Shown here: positions 12,338 to 27,424 of the stretch, piece after piece
Layout: each line of letters opens with the position of its first letter
How positions within the stretch are numbered: the first letter of the stretch is position 1
NCBI GenBank assembly: GCA_001662655.1
Contig: KV460220.1
DNA: 64,000 nt
Strand: one strand, 5' to 3'
From: Pseudogymnoascus verrucosus
Lineage: Eukaryota
Made by a program: the position numbers and the translations under genes
Notes under the pieces: generated by a model
Database searches by the model: none
Told to the model about the DNA's origin: nothing
Seen by the model: only the letters and a program-made list of their open reading frames with translations

Positions 12338-15300
12338 ATGAAGGTTCGTACACAATCTAGAATCTGGGAATAAAAATCTGTCTCTCTGGGTCTGGCCCGG
12401 CTCAATATGGACGGCGCTGCCGCAACCCACGCGACCAGGCTGACTCTTGAGCCTTGACCGGCTGCCTTGTTGACTTCCTGACTGACTTACGTTTCTTTTA
12501 TCGCAGGCAACACCTAGACCGCGGGAGCTGGGAGGAAGCTTTAAGAGCAGAAGTCGCCATGGAGCTCAACTTTCTATCAGCGACACAAACCATCATGTCA
12601 CCGAAGCGATCGGAGACATGTACGGAGACGATGACGACTGGAAACGCGAATCCCGACCCTTGAGCTTTATCAGCTCTCCTCTGAATCAATCGCCTGAGTC
12701 CGATGAAGCCTATTTCTCGAACTCGAATTGGACAACAGAACCGCTGGCAGGCAGACGAAATACTGCGCCAAGACCTCAGCTACAAGTGAATGGCGGCCCG
12801 GCTGGGAAATCACACACACTGCCAGCGGCGCTTCCAAGTCATAGGAATGCCGTTGTTGATATTGCGCCGCCTTCTCCGAGCCACTCGTTGCGAGATGGCC
12901 ACTCTATGTCCGACACGGCCAACCAACAGTTCCCTCTAAATGACATCGACTATGAATCAAACCCCGCCGCTGTAGCGCAAGAGTTGAGTAACCTACAAGC
13001 TTTACGACGCATGTCGATGGATGTGGGAAATACCAGCGACCCCGATCTGCCTACGTTCCAAGGGCGCCCTGTAATGCCATCGGTGGCTCCGACCGGAGGA
13101 GACGACGAAGATGATCCATCACGACTGTTCTGGGTGCCTGCAAGGGTTCACCCAGAGCTGGCGCCCATGGAGTTCAAGTCGTTCTTGGAAACCCGTGTAA
13201 AGACTATTAAGAGGCGATCGGGAGATTCGACGTTGGTACCGGACATCCTGGAGCGGTCTGGGTCTGCGAGTAGTTTGCGGAGGAAGAAGTCTATGCTGTC
13301 ACGGCAAATAGACAACTCTGGAGGAAAGGGCGGATTGGGTTATCAAGATGGAGCTGACAAGCTCGAACGAAGGAGATCGTTGCTTTCCCAGGGTGGAAAT
13401 GAAATAAAGATGTCTGATTTAACAGAGCTGGACGAGCTCGTTAAAAACCCCGCAAAGGCTTTCCAAAAGCTGTCAATGGAAAGGGGTAAACACGATGACG
13501 CAGGAGCAGAAGTTCCAGTAGACGAGGATATGCCTATACTCCCAGCTGCGCCAGGTTTCGGACTGCGACGATCCACACATACGACTTATCGCAAAGGCAG
13601 CCTTAGAAGAGGAGAGCGTGTACCATATTCGAAACGAGCCGGAGCAAGGCAGGTCGAGGCGGATGGGGATGATCCCTTTACAAGTCCAGGGGTAAAACGA
13701 GTTATGTCCGAACCTGTTTCTGAGAATTTCTCACGCCCGAACCGCCGGCGAGGCCCTACTATAGAGGACAAAGATTCTGATCAGATACAAGGGTCAAAAT
13801 ATGAATTGACCGACCAGGACGTACAATTCGGTGAAGAAACGTTGTCGCGAACAGAATCTCACCGATCTGATGTTTCATTGCCGCAAATAATTGAAACACC
13901 TCCTGAAGACGAACAGCCATTAGAAGAACCTCTATCGCCTACCCACCACTCATTCCCTGAACGTTCGTCATCCTTTAACCAGCCACAGGCCGCAGAGCAA
14001 CCACCGACAGAGCCTCCGCCTCGTTCTAGCAGGCGGCCAGGTGTGGCAAGGCAGGTTTCCTCCACCGGCGACGCAGTTCCCAAATCTTCCAAGGCAAACC
14101 TGGTTAACGAATTAACGCAATCACCATCACCACTGCCTGGAAGCAGCTCGAGAACAGATAGCTTAACGTTCATCCCTACAGTGGTCGAGGAGAAGAAGCC
14201 GGAAGTAAAGACCCATAAAGATAGAGAAAGGGACAAGGATGATAATGAGTCGACCACTTCTAAGAAAGGATGGGGGTGGTTCAAGGGAAGTGATGATAAG
14301 AATAAGAAGGATAAGAAGAAGGATGACGAATCGTCTAAAAAGAGCAAGGCCAAGGTCAGCCTGGAGAAAACTCATGACGGTGCTCGTCTCGATGTATTAC
14401 AACATTCGATTGAGTCAAATGCTCAACGGGGCAGGGAGAGCTTACACCAGGAGAGGGAAAGTTTTGAAAACAAATTGGTGGACGAGCGGAAAAAAGAGAG
14501 CTCCCGCAAAGCCGGCAAAGAGGAGAAGAAAGAAAAAGACGGGTTGTTTTCGTCTCTATTTGGTGGCAAGAAGAAAGGGGAGCGCGATTCAGGAGGGAAG
14601 AAATCGGCCTCACTACGCGCTCTATCACCCGAACCGCCAAGGTATCTTCGTCCTGACGTCGACTACAGCTGGACAAGGTTTTCTCTCTTGGAAGAACGCG
14701 CCATCTACCGTATGGCGCACATCAAGCTGGCCAACCCGAGGCGACCACTGCATAGTCAAGTGCTGCTAAGCAATTTTATGTATGCCTACCTGGCCAAGGT
14801 GCAGCAGATGCATCCTCATGTGCAGGTACCGCAGTCTGCAGCACAGAAGAAGGCCCAGGAAGCAGAGCGCAAGGCCAAAGAGGCCGCGCGTCGCGAAGAG
14901 GAGGAACAACAGCAAAGTGAACAGTACAGATATGACTATCATCAGGTAAGATTTACAGCCATTTGGCACAGATGATGCTTGCAATACTAACCGACTCCAG
15001 GGAATCGCTAACTATGCCGACTCTCCATCAGACCAGCAGGAACAGCAGCAGCATCAGCATCAGCATCAGCATAAACAACAACAACACCACCAGCAACAGC
15101 AACACGATGCATCGGAAACTGTGACTTACGTTGATGATTCTCAGATCTATGATTACGACCACCAGGATGACGGTGGGGGCCAACACCAACCACGGCAGGC
15201 GTCTAGAAGGCAAGGCGGCGACGACTATTCGCAATCTGGACAGGGGCAATATTCGCATCAGCAGCAGCAACAGCAGCAGCAGCAGTATTACCAGTACGAT

Positions 15301-15351
15301 AATCAACAGCAAGGGGCTTATGATCATGATAAGGACGGAGATATGTGGTGA
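12338..15351 (+). CDS. ZDS1: Zds1-like protein (PP2A-Cdc55 regulator)
   Basis: LFWVPARVHPELAP motif and Zds_C domain (RFSLLEERAIYRMAHIKLANPRRPLHSQVLLSNFMYAYL). Predicted 6-nt first exon ATGAAG (12338-12343), intron 12344-12506, intron 14946-15000, Q/H-rich last exon. Confidence 0.88.
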
Positions 15352-16084
15352 GATGGCGAGGCAGCGAGACGGATATAGTATTGTACATAAGGAGGACACG
15401 TTCGTTTGGGAGCATGGGGTGTTTGGCGCTGGATACCGTCAGTATCCACGGGTCTGGTTTCTTTGTCGTATGGGGTTTAAGGCGCGGATAGGATGCATAG
15501 CGACTGGGCGGCTCAAGGGCCGTTGTCTACGGCGAGCAGTATATGAGTGAGCACGATACGTTGTTATCTTCGCGCTCAGAGTAGTTGGAGATTTGTGTTG
15601 AAATGACGATTGACGCTACTTTGCTGGAATTTGATATGTGATTACCGACGCATGAGCTGTGTGTACAGTATTAGTACGATAAATTATGGAGGAGATGCTG
15701 ATATACAGTACAATTCCCACGATATACACTTTTGAGCATCGTTATGTTTATTATTACTGATAGAGAAGTTGTTTCTTCCCCAGTCTTTGTGTCTTTGGTG
15801 CGGAGTTGGGGTGGTATGTGCTGGCGGTACCTTACCCCGCACGACTCACCCTCGGTTTCGCTTGTACCCCACACTCCATTTGCTTTGTTGCGTCTTGGTT
15901 TCTCCAAATCGGGCCCCATCTCCAGTTCCCCCGCATTTCAAACCCGGCAATACGGCCATAACAGCCCTACTCTCTCCGCTTATACCCCATTTATAAACCC
16001 CTTCCCCTCCCCCTCTTTATAGTTTCTTATTACTACTCCTCTTCTTTAACAAATATCCTATAATCACTAAATATCTCCTCCAAA

Positions 16085-17755
16085 ATGGCTTCTGCTATCC
16101 GTGTTGCGCCCACTGTAAGTAGTATCCTTGTTACGTAGCCTCGGCACGAGATCACTTGGAGTAACATCATCCATAGAAAGCGGCGCGGGCAATGAGTTTG
16201 CTTCGCACAGTCCAATATACTCACCCCCCTAGCTGTCCTTGCCACGGTAATCCGTCTCATCACCATCATCATAAGCCGTCAAACAGCCTTCTCAGCCATG
16301 CCAAGCGGAATCTGCAGCGTAACTATGCCACTCCCGTGGACCTGTCCCGCCAGAAAGAGTATGCCTTCGAGATGGCCGCTTCTTCTATCCGGTTCGGCCC
16401 CGGTGTAACAAAGGAAGTCGGCATGGATTTCAAGAACATGGGAGCCAAGCGTGTCTGCGTTGTCACTGATAGCACGGTCAAGCATCTCAATGCTATGAAG
16501 CAAGTCCAAGAAGGCTTGGACCAAGAAGGAATCGATTACATAGTTTATGACGGCGTCAGAGTTGAGCCAAAGGACACCTCGTAAGTCCCTCCCACTCCTA
16601 CCTGACCACAACTAACCATCACCCACCAGTATCAAAGAAGCCATCGCCTTCGTCAAGCCCTACGCCCCCGACGCCTTCCTCGCCGTCGGCGGCGGCTCCG
16701 TCATCGACACCGCCAAGCTCATGAACCTGTACACCTGCTATCCCAACGCCGACTTCCTCGACTTCGTCAACGCACCCCTCGGCAAGGGCCTCCCCATCGA
16801 CAAGCCCCTCCTCCCCCTCATCGCCGTCCCCACCACCGCCGGCACCGGCTCCGAGACCACCGGCTCCGCCATCTTCGACCTCGCCTCCGCGCGCGCAAAG
16901 ACCGGCGTCGCTCATCGTGCCCTCAAGCCTACGCTGGGAATATGCGATCCGCTAAACACACGCACCATGCCCTCCGCCGTTCACGCCTCCAGTGGCCTAG
17001 ACGTCCTCTGCCACAGTCTTGAGAGCTGGACTGCTATCCCGTACAATGAGCGTATTCCCCGCCCGCAGAACCCGATTAATCGCCCCGCGTACCAGGGCGC
17101 AAATCCAATTAGTGATATCTTCTCCCTCCAAGCTCTCAGGTCAACGGTTAAGTACCTACCCCGCGCGGTCAGGGACCCAGATGACCATGAGGCGCAGAGC
17201 GAGATGCTCCTCGCTGCCACGCTTGCCGGTGTCGGTTTCGGCAACGCTGGTGTCCATCTCTGCCACGGTACCTTCCCCCCTCCCCTCCTATCTCCCATCC
17301 CGTTCTCGTCGCTGACACGAATCACAGGCATGTCCTACCCCGTCTCGGGCCAAAACCGCGGATACAAACACACCGGCTACAACGTCCCCTACCCCATCAT
17401 CCCCCACGGCGTCTCCGTCGCCGTCACCGCCCCCGCCGTCTTCCGCTTCACCGGCGCCACGAACCCCGAGCGCCATCTAGCCGCCGCCGAGGCCTTCGGC
17501 GTGGACATCTCGAACGTGAAGCGCGAGAGCGCTGGTGAGGTGTTGTCAGAGGCTATTGCGAAGTTTCTTGAGGAGCTAGGTGACCAGCCGAGGGGGCTGA
17601 AGGATCTGGGATTCGGGAAGGAGCATATTGATGAGCTTGTTGAGGGGACGATTCCGCAGAAGAGGGTACTGATGCTTGCGCCTGGACTGGCGGAGGAGTT
17701 GGGGGAGGAGAGGGAGCAGTTGAGGAAGTTGTTTGAGGAGAGTTTGGTGCATTGA
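16085..17755 (+). CDS. Hydroxyacid-oxoacid transhydrogenase (ADHFE1-like iron-containing alcohol dehydrogenase), mitochondrial
   Basis: EYAFEMAASSIRFGPG, AVGGGSVIDTAK, VPTTAGTGSETT, RPAYQGANPISD, GVHLCHGMSYP, IIPHG; introns 16115-16176, ~16581-16629, ~17268-17327. Confidence 0.93.
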
Positions 17756-18218
17756 TTGGTTTTTATGGAGCAAGTGTGCACTGGTGGGTGTGAGGGTGGC
17801 ATTTGTGACCTGTACATACGCGAACAAAAACAAACTAGCATATTTCAATCAAGGCTCAGCATAGCAATGGAAACCCAACATGTAATTTGAAAAAAAGATG
17901 AATTACATCGCATCTTGCAAAAACGCCAGACCTATCTGTACTCGCAGCTCCCCAGAACCCGCTCTGGCTAATGGCACAATCGACATCACCTCTCCAACCG
18001 CGCAGACCAAATCGAATTGCTCATGTCAACAGGTATCATATCATAACCGCCGCCAACCACCACGTCTCGCGCCTTCAAACCACTCCCAAATCAACGACGA
18101 CAACTAATTCAATGTATCAACGCAACGCGCTAAATCTCACTTCCATACCTCCCCACTCATCCGTGAAGTTATATACACCCTTCTCCCCTTTTTATCCCTC
18201 CGCGAAACTAATCCACGC

Positions 18219-20562
<2,344 letters not shown>

Positions 20563-21526
20563 GATGGCGTATTCGTGATGCGGTTCCTATACGCCGTGGG
20601 GAAGTTGGGGTGATATCAAGGAGATGCGTGTCTGGTTTGTTGAAAGAGGCTGGAAGCCTTGCATTGTCGGCGGTCACGGTCGCTTGGAAGCTTCTTTAGC
20701 GGGGGGTGGGCGCATTTAGCGGCCGACTGCACGTCACTGGCCAACTCGTCACTGATTACGCGGTTTTGCTGGGCCAAGTGGCGGTGCAACAACCCCCAGG
20801 CGTGCGCCTCAATACGAAAGAATCCACACGAAGAAGAAATCTTGATTGATTCTAGGGCCGTTCGTTTACTAACTAATGGAGTTAGGTTATTTTGAGGCAT
20901 GATTTCGGGTTCGTGATTCGAAGTTGCTAGACAGCGGGGCGGGAGTTAAACGCGGATCACGTATGTCTTAACAGGAGAAGTAACCCATGACCATAGCAAC
21001 ACATCAGGAAATACTTCAAAATCTAAAGAGGCACCGTACTATTTTACATTGTAGGCAATGCGGAACTGTTTGAACTTGGCTGAAGTGGTATTTACAACGA
21101 AGTGCGGGGCATCACCGCACGGCATCACTACACGGCATCACCACTCGGCAACCCCTTTGCCACTATGGTAGAATGGGGGGAAGTCCGACAATAAAAAATG
21201 AAGGATTGTGTGTACGTCTGATATTTAGCCCTCCTCGGCACCAGCCTCCCGGTCTCCCAGCGGCACCTAATAAATCCCAATCAAAGGAAGGAAATCGGTC
21301 TAAAAGAAATCCCAAGTCTATTACACTATCTAAGATGAAAGCGCATCAAGTGTGCCTTTTGTGTGCTGCTAAATCGCTCGCGTTCATGGCCATGTGCGCT
21401 TGCTCAACGTGTATAAACCCTCGCATGCGCCCATCCCATCCCAGTCCTCCCTCCCCCATCCTCCCCATCCCCCCTCATATATCCCGTCACGCGCCCCCGG
21501 CGCCGCCATTGTCGCCGTCAAGAAAT

Positions 21527-22249
21527 TTATTGTTGCGACTGCTGGGCCTGGAGGTACTTGTAGGCGAAGAACGCGGCCGCACCACCAGTCACCAGGATGA
21601 AGTAGAGGGCTACGCTGCCCATGCCGGTCGCGGCGGGCTGGACGGTGGTGGAGGATGGCTGGGCCTTTGGTGCCGGGTCGCCGGGCTGGGAGGGGGAGTT
21701 AGTAAAGATGCTTTTTCCGAATACGACGGGGGTCGCTAGGGGCGAGTTTAGGGGGGTTGCGTACCATGCGCTTCAGGGTGCCGACCTCGATGCCAGTCAG
21801 GATCTCGCGGGCCTCGTCGCTGTGTCCAACATCCTCGAAAGCCTCAGTGGCATCTTGTCCGGCAACGTCGAGAAGGACCTCCTCTCCACCTCTGTGATAT
21901 AGTTAGTATCGCGATCTGCAGTGATGGTAGAAGTAATCCGCAGCAGTAAAGGGGTAACAGCCTGGGCAGCTAATTTCGCACAGAGGCAATGGGCCACCAG
22001 CACTAGAAACTACAACTGTGCGCCTGAGAGCCCTATTCCCGCGACAATCAAAGGGGCGGCTGTCCACTGCGCCCTTCCTGACTGACGCCCCAACTGAAAT
22101 TTGTAGATATAGACTTCGAAAAAATGGTGCACTTACGGGTGCTCGTCAACGAAGCTGGTGGTATCGTAGACCTTATCGTGGATGACCAGGAAGATATCCT
22201 TCTTGGTGTTGTGCTTCGCAACCTCGGCGAAAGTAAATTCTTGAGACAT
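21527..22249 (-). CDS. CYB5: Cytochrome b5, tail-anchored
   Basis: [29 protein letters not shown]...[38 protein letters not shown] heme motif spans a 245-nt intron (22136-21892); C-terminal transmembrane helix. Confidence 0.95.
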
Positions 22250-22828
22250 GATGCTTAAAAAGTGTTGAGGAGATTATGATCTGGTTCGATTATTGCGGGT
22301 TTTCTGACTTCGATATTCGTCTCGTTGGGGGATGGGCAGCTGAGTATGATGGTGGGTTGGCAATTGCTCGGGATAAGAAGAAGACAAGTAAACCAAAATG
22401 GAAATCTGGGGAAAACAATCGACTGGTCGTACGGTGCTTTGAAATTCGGGTATCGTACTTTGAGGAGCTGAAAGGATGTCCCTTACTCGCTCGGCCTGTG
22501 AAAATTGATGGGGCCAATGGGGTGTAGCGTGGTTTGTGAGTGGTGGCCTGGTCGCGGGCTGCTTCCGTGGCCTGTAGCCGTGATTTTGCGTGGTTTGGTG
22601 GCCTGGTGGCCTGACTGAGTTTAACTTCCTCTCTAAATTCCTCGGGTGTTTGTTTTCCCCTTATCTTGGCAAAAGTCATCAAATCCAAAGACACGCTGAT
22701 TGGCTCTGGCATCATGAAAACTGATTGACCTGACGGATTACGGAGTAGACTAACATTTTATGCCAATTTATACCACATCTATATACTTGGTATAAAGCAT
22801 AAATCATCCCCCGCTTGCTTGCACAACT

Positions 22829-23986
22829 CTAGAACCCTTCAGCCGACTTGGCGATACCACGACCATGTCTGTATCCTGCGATCTTGTCCCATTCCACCTT
22901 CTGTCTGGTAACGGGCAGTTGCCTTCTGAGTCCCTTGAATGCTCCCTCGCTGAGGCTGGTGAATCCCTTGTTCAGGTTCTCCTGGTACTTCTTCTCTGCG
23001 ACAGCAATCTCGCGGACGATGGATGTAGCCGTGCTCGACGAGACCGACAGTGACACGGGTTTGGTAGTCAGTAGTCGCACGTTGCCGTCTTCGTAGTAGT
23101 GGACATCGACCTTGATGCTGCCGACGAGAGATGAGGAGGACGAGAGAATGTAGAGCGAGCGCCAACGGCCATTCCTATTGCTGGTTAGCCACACTCTCAA
23201 CAAGACACTCATTGAGAGATAGAACTGGCATACCAGAAGTTGTTGGGGCTGTATTTGTTAGCGACCAGGAGGATGGCAATCTTCGAGTCGTCTTCAATAG
23301 GGTAGACACCGTATGATGAGTTCGGGTAATGGTCCTCGGCATGCTTTGCTAAGCTCTTGATGAGCGATTTGCTACGCGGGATCAGCGTAGGCTATAGTAT
23401 CAACAGGGTATCCACCTACATGAGGTCCGAGTTGGCGCTCTCCAGCACGTAGCTCTGGACATTGCTTGCTTTCTATAACCCCTAATTAGACCATATCCCC
23501 TGCGCAGTCATCGTAGTAGACATACCTGTGTGCTATGATCGAACTCAAAACTGGACGAGTTCTCCACATCAAAGTATCGTCCATCGCCCAGCGAGTTGTG
23601 CGAGCTCACAATAACCTACAACCCACCAGTTAACCCCCTTCCAATCGTCCTCCCTCTCCACAGTTCGAAAAACACACCTGTTGGCTTCCCCCCGGCAACT
23701 TCACAGTCGCAAACTGCTCCTCATTGTACTTCTCAAACGCCGGTCCAAGCTGGCCGATGAGCTCCGGGCTCTCGACCGTAAGCGCCTTGATATCTACTTC
23801 CAATCAGTCTCATCACCCCAATGTCCACCCTCACAATGTCGTACCTGCAATAACATCACCCAACTACCATCACAAACAAGTCAGCTAACCCCCCATCAGA
23901 CTCCAGCAGAACAGTGGGGGCATAGCTACCTCTCCCGGCGGCGCGCCTTCCACAAACGCCGACACCGTCTCCAGCTGCGAAGCCAT
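22829..23986 (-). CDS. CAP1: F-actin capping protein alpha subunit
   Basis: MASQLETVSAFVEGAPPGE|LGDVIA|DIKAL..., NFW|NGRWRS, VHYYEDGNV, FKGLRRQLPVTRQKVEWDK; multiple introns including a 19-nt exon (23863-23845). Confidence 0.93.
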
Positions 23987-24731
23987 CTCTTCCTCAGACG
24001 CCTGCAATGGGCGCCGCGCTCGTCGTCGTGTGCTGCGGTGGTGCTGGGGGCGGGCGTGGGCGTGGGCGTGGGCGTGGTTGCTGTCGGGGCGCGGGAATGG
24101 AGGTGAGGGTGAGGAGGTCGCGAGCGTGCTGAAGACCGTTGGCCTGGCTGGGTGCTCTGCGGTGAGGATGGTCGTCATCACGATAGGACTAGCGTCGAAC
24201 CCCCGCGTTTTGTGGCGGGTGTTTGGGGTGCTGTGGCGGTGCATTGGTCACGTGTGGGCATTCAAAGGGAGGTGCTGGAGACGCTTGTTATTTCAGATGG
24301 GGCTTATTATGGGGTTTGGTAAGTTTATATTGTTTAAATGGGGTGTGTGAACTGGAGGGCTCTGGGCTTCAGAGACAACGGCTGGTAAATTTAAGCTTTT
24401 GTGACCGCAAGCGTCCATTCCTGGACCCTTAAACTGTACAGCAAATCGTTGTGATTACCTCAAATAGGATATATTCAGAGTAATATGCTTCTTGGTTTAC
24501 TAATACAGAACCTAGCGGGGATTATCGATTTCAAAGGGGGTCTAAGGAGCAACAAGTTGACAAGACAGAGGCGTAGAACAATCAATGAGAGTTGCTATTC
24601 AAATTACTCAACATATGCGACACAACCACCGGCTAAACTCATCAAGATTACTCAAAAAGCAAGCACATAGAAAAGGACTTAGGTAATAAAACCAATAGGA
24701 CTATCTGTCAAACAATTTCCGCCCCGGGTAT

Positions 24732-26487
24732 TTACTCAAAAGGGGGCTTCGTAGCCTTATCCGTCCCAACAACAGCCCCCGTCGCCGAAGGAGCCACAGC
24801 CGTCGGGCTCGCCACAGTCTTCCCCTCTTCAATCTTCAATGGGGTAGGGTGAGCAGCCGTGACACCTTCCTCCTGGGCCGCCTCAACCGCCTTCGTCTCC
24901 GCAGCCGCGGTAGCTGGAGCTATCGAGCCGAAACTAGCCTGCTTCTGGGTAGTAGGAGAGATGGGGGATGAAGGGCCCGAGGAGTACGGAGCCCTCGCGG
25001 CGTTCGCGCCGGCGGCCATCTTAATAACCTCAACCCACTTCTCGGCATCGTTGGCGGTATGGGCCTTGAAGTTGAGCTCGGATGTTCCGGCGAGCTTGCT
25101 GCTGAAACCCTTGGAGACGTCCTTGCCCTTGACATGGAACTTCTCGCCATTCGGCACGCCGACGACGGCGTCTGGGAGGTAGATGGAAATCTCCGGCTCT
25201 GGGTCCTTGCGCACGTTGTCGTTGTCCTTGAAGCCGTGTAAGTACAGGGCGTTGGTGATGGCGTAGTATCCAGTGGAGTAGCCGCTGGAAAGGATGTTGC
25301 GGGACTTGCGCTCAAGAGTGCCCTCGAGCAATGGCTGTGTGGACTTGTGGTTCTGGTTGGGGAAGGTGACGCCCTCGATGGAGCGCGGTGCGGAGCTAGG
25401 GTCCACAAGGGTGTCAGCTTCACGCTGCTTGAAGCCGTTCCACTCAAAGTCCGGAGGAATGCGCTGGACATTGCTCAACATGTCCGTGTACGCGTTCTGG
25501 TTACGCTGAACCTGGCCGCCGACGTACTGAACGAACGACGCCATGGCCTGCTGGATGACCTCAACAACGTGTTGCTCAAAGGTAGCAAAGTTCTCCTGAA
25601 CGCTGATCAGGTCGTGGCGGTTGTTGTTCTCCTCCAGGATCTGCTTGTGGAGACGGTAGTAAATGCCTCGTTGGGTGATATATGGGTCGTCGTGCGAGTT
25701 GACCTTGCTCCCGGACGATTCAGCAGCAGCGCTCTGCTGGCCCAAAAGCTCAATGTGCTTCTGAGTCGTGTTGCGCGACTTCTCGATCTCCTTGGCCGCC
25801 TTTCCAACGCCAGACGAGATCTCCTTGGATTTGTTCTTGATCTCCTTGTGAAGACGCTCGAGGATCGGTAGAACCGTGCCCTTGAGGTTCTTTTCGGTTT
25901 CGAGATGGGAGTTGGCCAAGCTCTGAGATGGAGTTGTTAGCATGTTGCTACATGACGGGGATGCAGTTGGGAGTTGCTCACCTCGGTGTTTACTCTCATA
26001 TTCTCAAAGAGCCCAGCGACACCGCCAAGACTCTGGTCGAAATGAGAACCCTCCTTCAATGGATCTTGAATGGTCTGGTATGAATGTTAGCTTGGTTACT
26101 CGGGAAGTATTAGAATGATGTTCTCACTTTCAAGACCTTCTCGTACTCTTTCGCATGTGCCTTCTGGGCCTTCTCAGTCGCACTGATGTACTCCTCAAGG
26201 TATCCAACTGCATGCTTCCATGCGCGCAGACGCTCTTCGAGAAGAGCGGAGGTCTACTAAATATCAGCGACTATTCTTCGGGGTATCGGATGGCCATGCC
26301 AAGAACGGAAGCAACTCGCCTCTCTGATGTCCGTCTCGGGCACTGCTACGTCGCTCAACCCGCTTGCGCCGGTACTTTGGCGAGTTGGCAGCTGTGTCGG
26401 CGCTACGGCCTTTTCTGCGGGGTGCGAAACCATGTCTGTAGGCGACTTGCGTAGCGTTTTTGTCAGCGTTCGGACTGGGAGACTCAT
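24732..26487 (-). CDS. BAR/coiled-coil plus PH-domain protein (Slm1-like family)
   Basis: ERLRAWKHAVGYLEEY helical region, DDPY motif, PH domain (LEGTLERKS...GYYAIT...YLHGFKD...FKAHTANDAEKWVEVIK); first intron probably GC-AG (26319-26254). Confidence 0.8.
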
Positions 26488-27424
26488 GGCTGCGTAGATT
26501 TACAATATGAAGCTTTGGAGATATGATGGAAATATAGATTAGAGTATGGTCACCGCCCCGCGATCTCCATGGGGGGGAATCTCATGGAGCTTGTTGGGGT
26601 GTGCTCTGTGCGTACCTTGGCTATCCTGGCAAATTGGATTCGTTGTTAGGCCAAAGTGGGGTGAATCGGACGATGGATCCCTTGTCGAGCGAAGATATGG
26701 GATTCAGGGTATCGAGAAGTGTTGATAAAAGATATCTGGACAGTTGTAGGGTTGTTGAAGGGTATCTGGAATATATTGTTGCTATATGAACCCGTCACAA
26801 GAGAGGATTCCATGTCGAAGACTAGTAGCCAGGTTGTTTGGTCGGTTTCCTGTGGATCTACGGGTGACTTCTATGACGTATGATGTTACCAGTTTAAGGG
26901 GCGTTTATCTTCACCCAAATCCTCAAGCTTCAACAAAGAGCAAAGACAATCATCACATTCCAGTTGCATTATCTGGGATTCTATATAACCTGGGATACTA
27001 TATGAAATCGTTTCATATTTATTTTAGATATTTAGCAAATATAGCACACGAGAACACACGTAAAACCTCATGATAAGAGATCAAAAGTCGCAATCCGCGT
27101 TGTGGAAACACCATAACCAGAAATTCTAGACCGCGGTTTATATGGTACGTATCTTGAACTGGAACCTCCTATCCCAGGCACCTCCCTCCCGTCCCGAAAG
27201 GGTCAAAACTCCAATTCCGAATCCGGCTTCCAAAGCACGTGACATAGACACTAGCGTGATCCATGTCTGCTGCGGCTGTCGCGTGTAATATTCTCGAGCT
27301 CACCAAACCGCGTCGCAAGACAGAAGTACGCAAACCAATTGTGCTGCCAGATTTAGGCCACCCGTGACATTCGGCTTTTATCGCATGCGGCAGTATCGCC
27401 TTCTCGCGCCCCGTTCTTCACACC

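Noticed and set aside
21892..22136. Intronic snoRNA or 7-nt poison exon (TTTCAG|TTGGGGC|GTCAGT) in the long CYB5 intron
   Set aside because: No convincing C/D or H/ACA boxes, and the upstream mini-intron lacks a CTRAY branch site.
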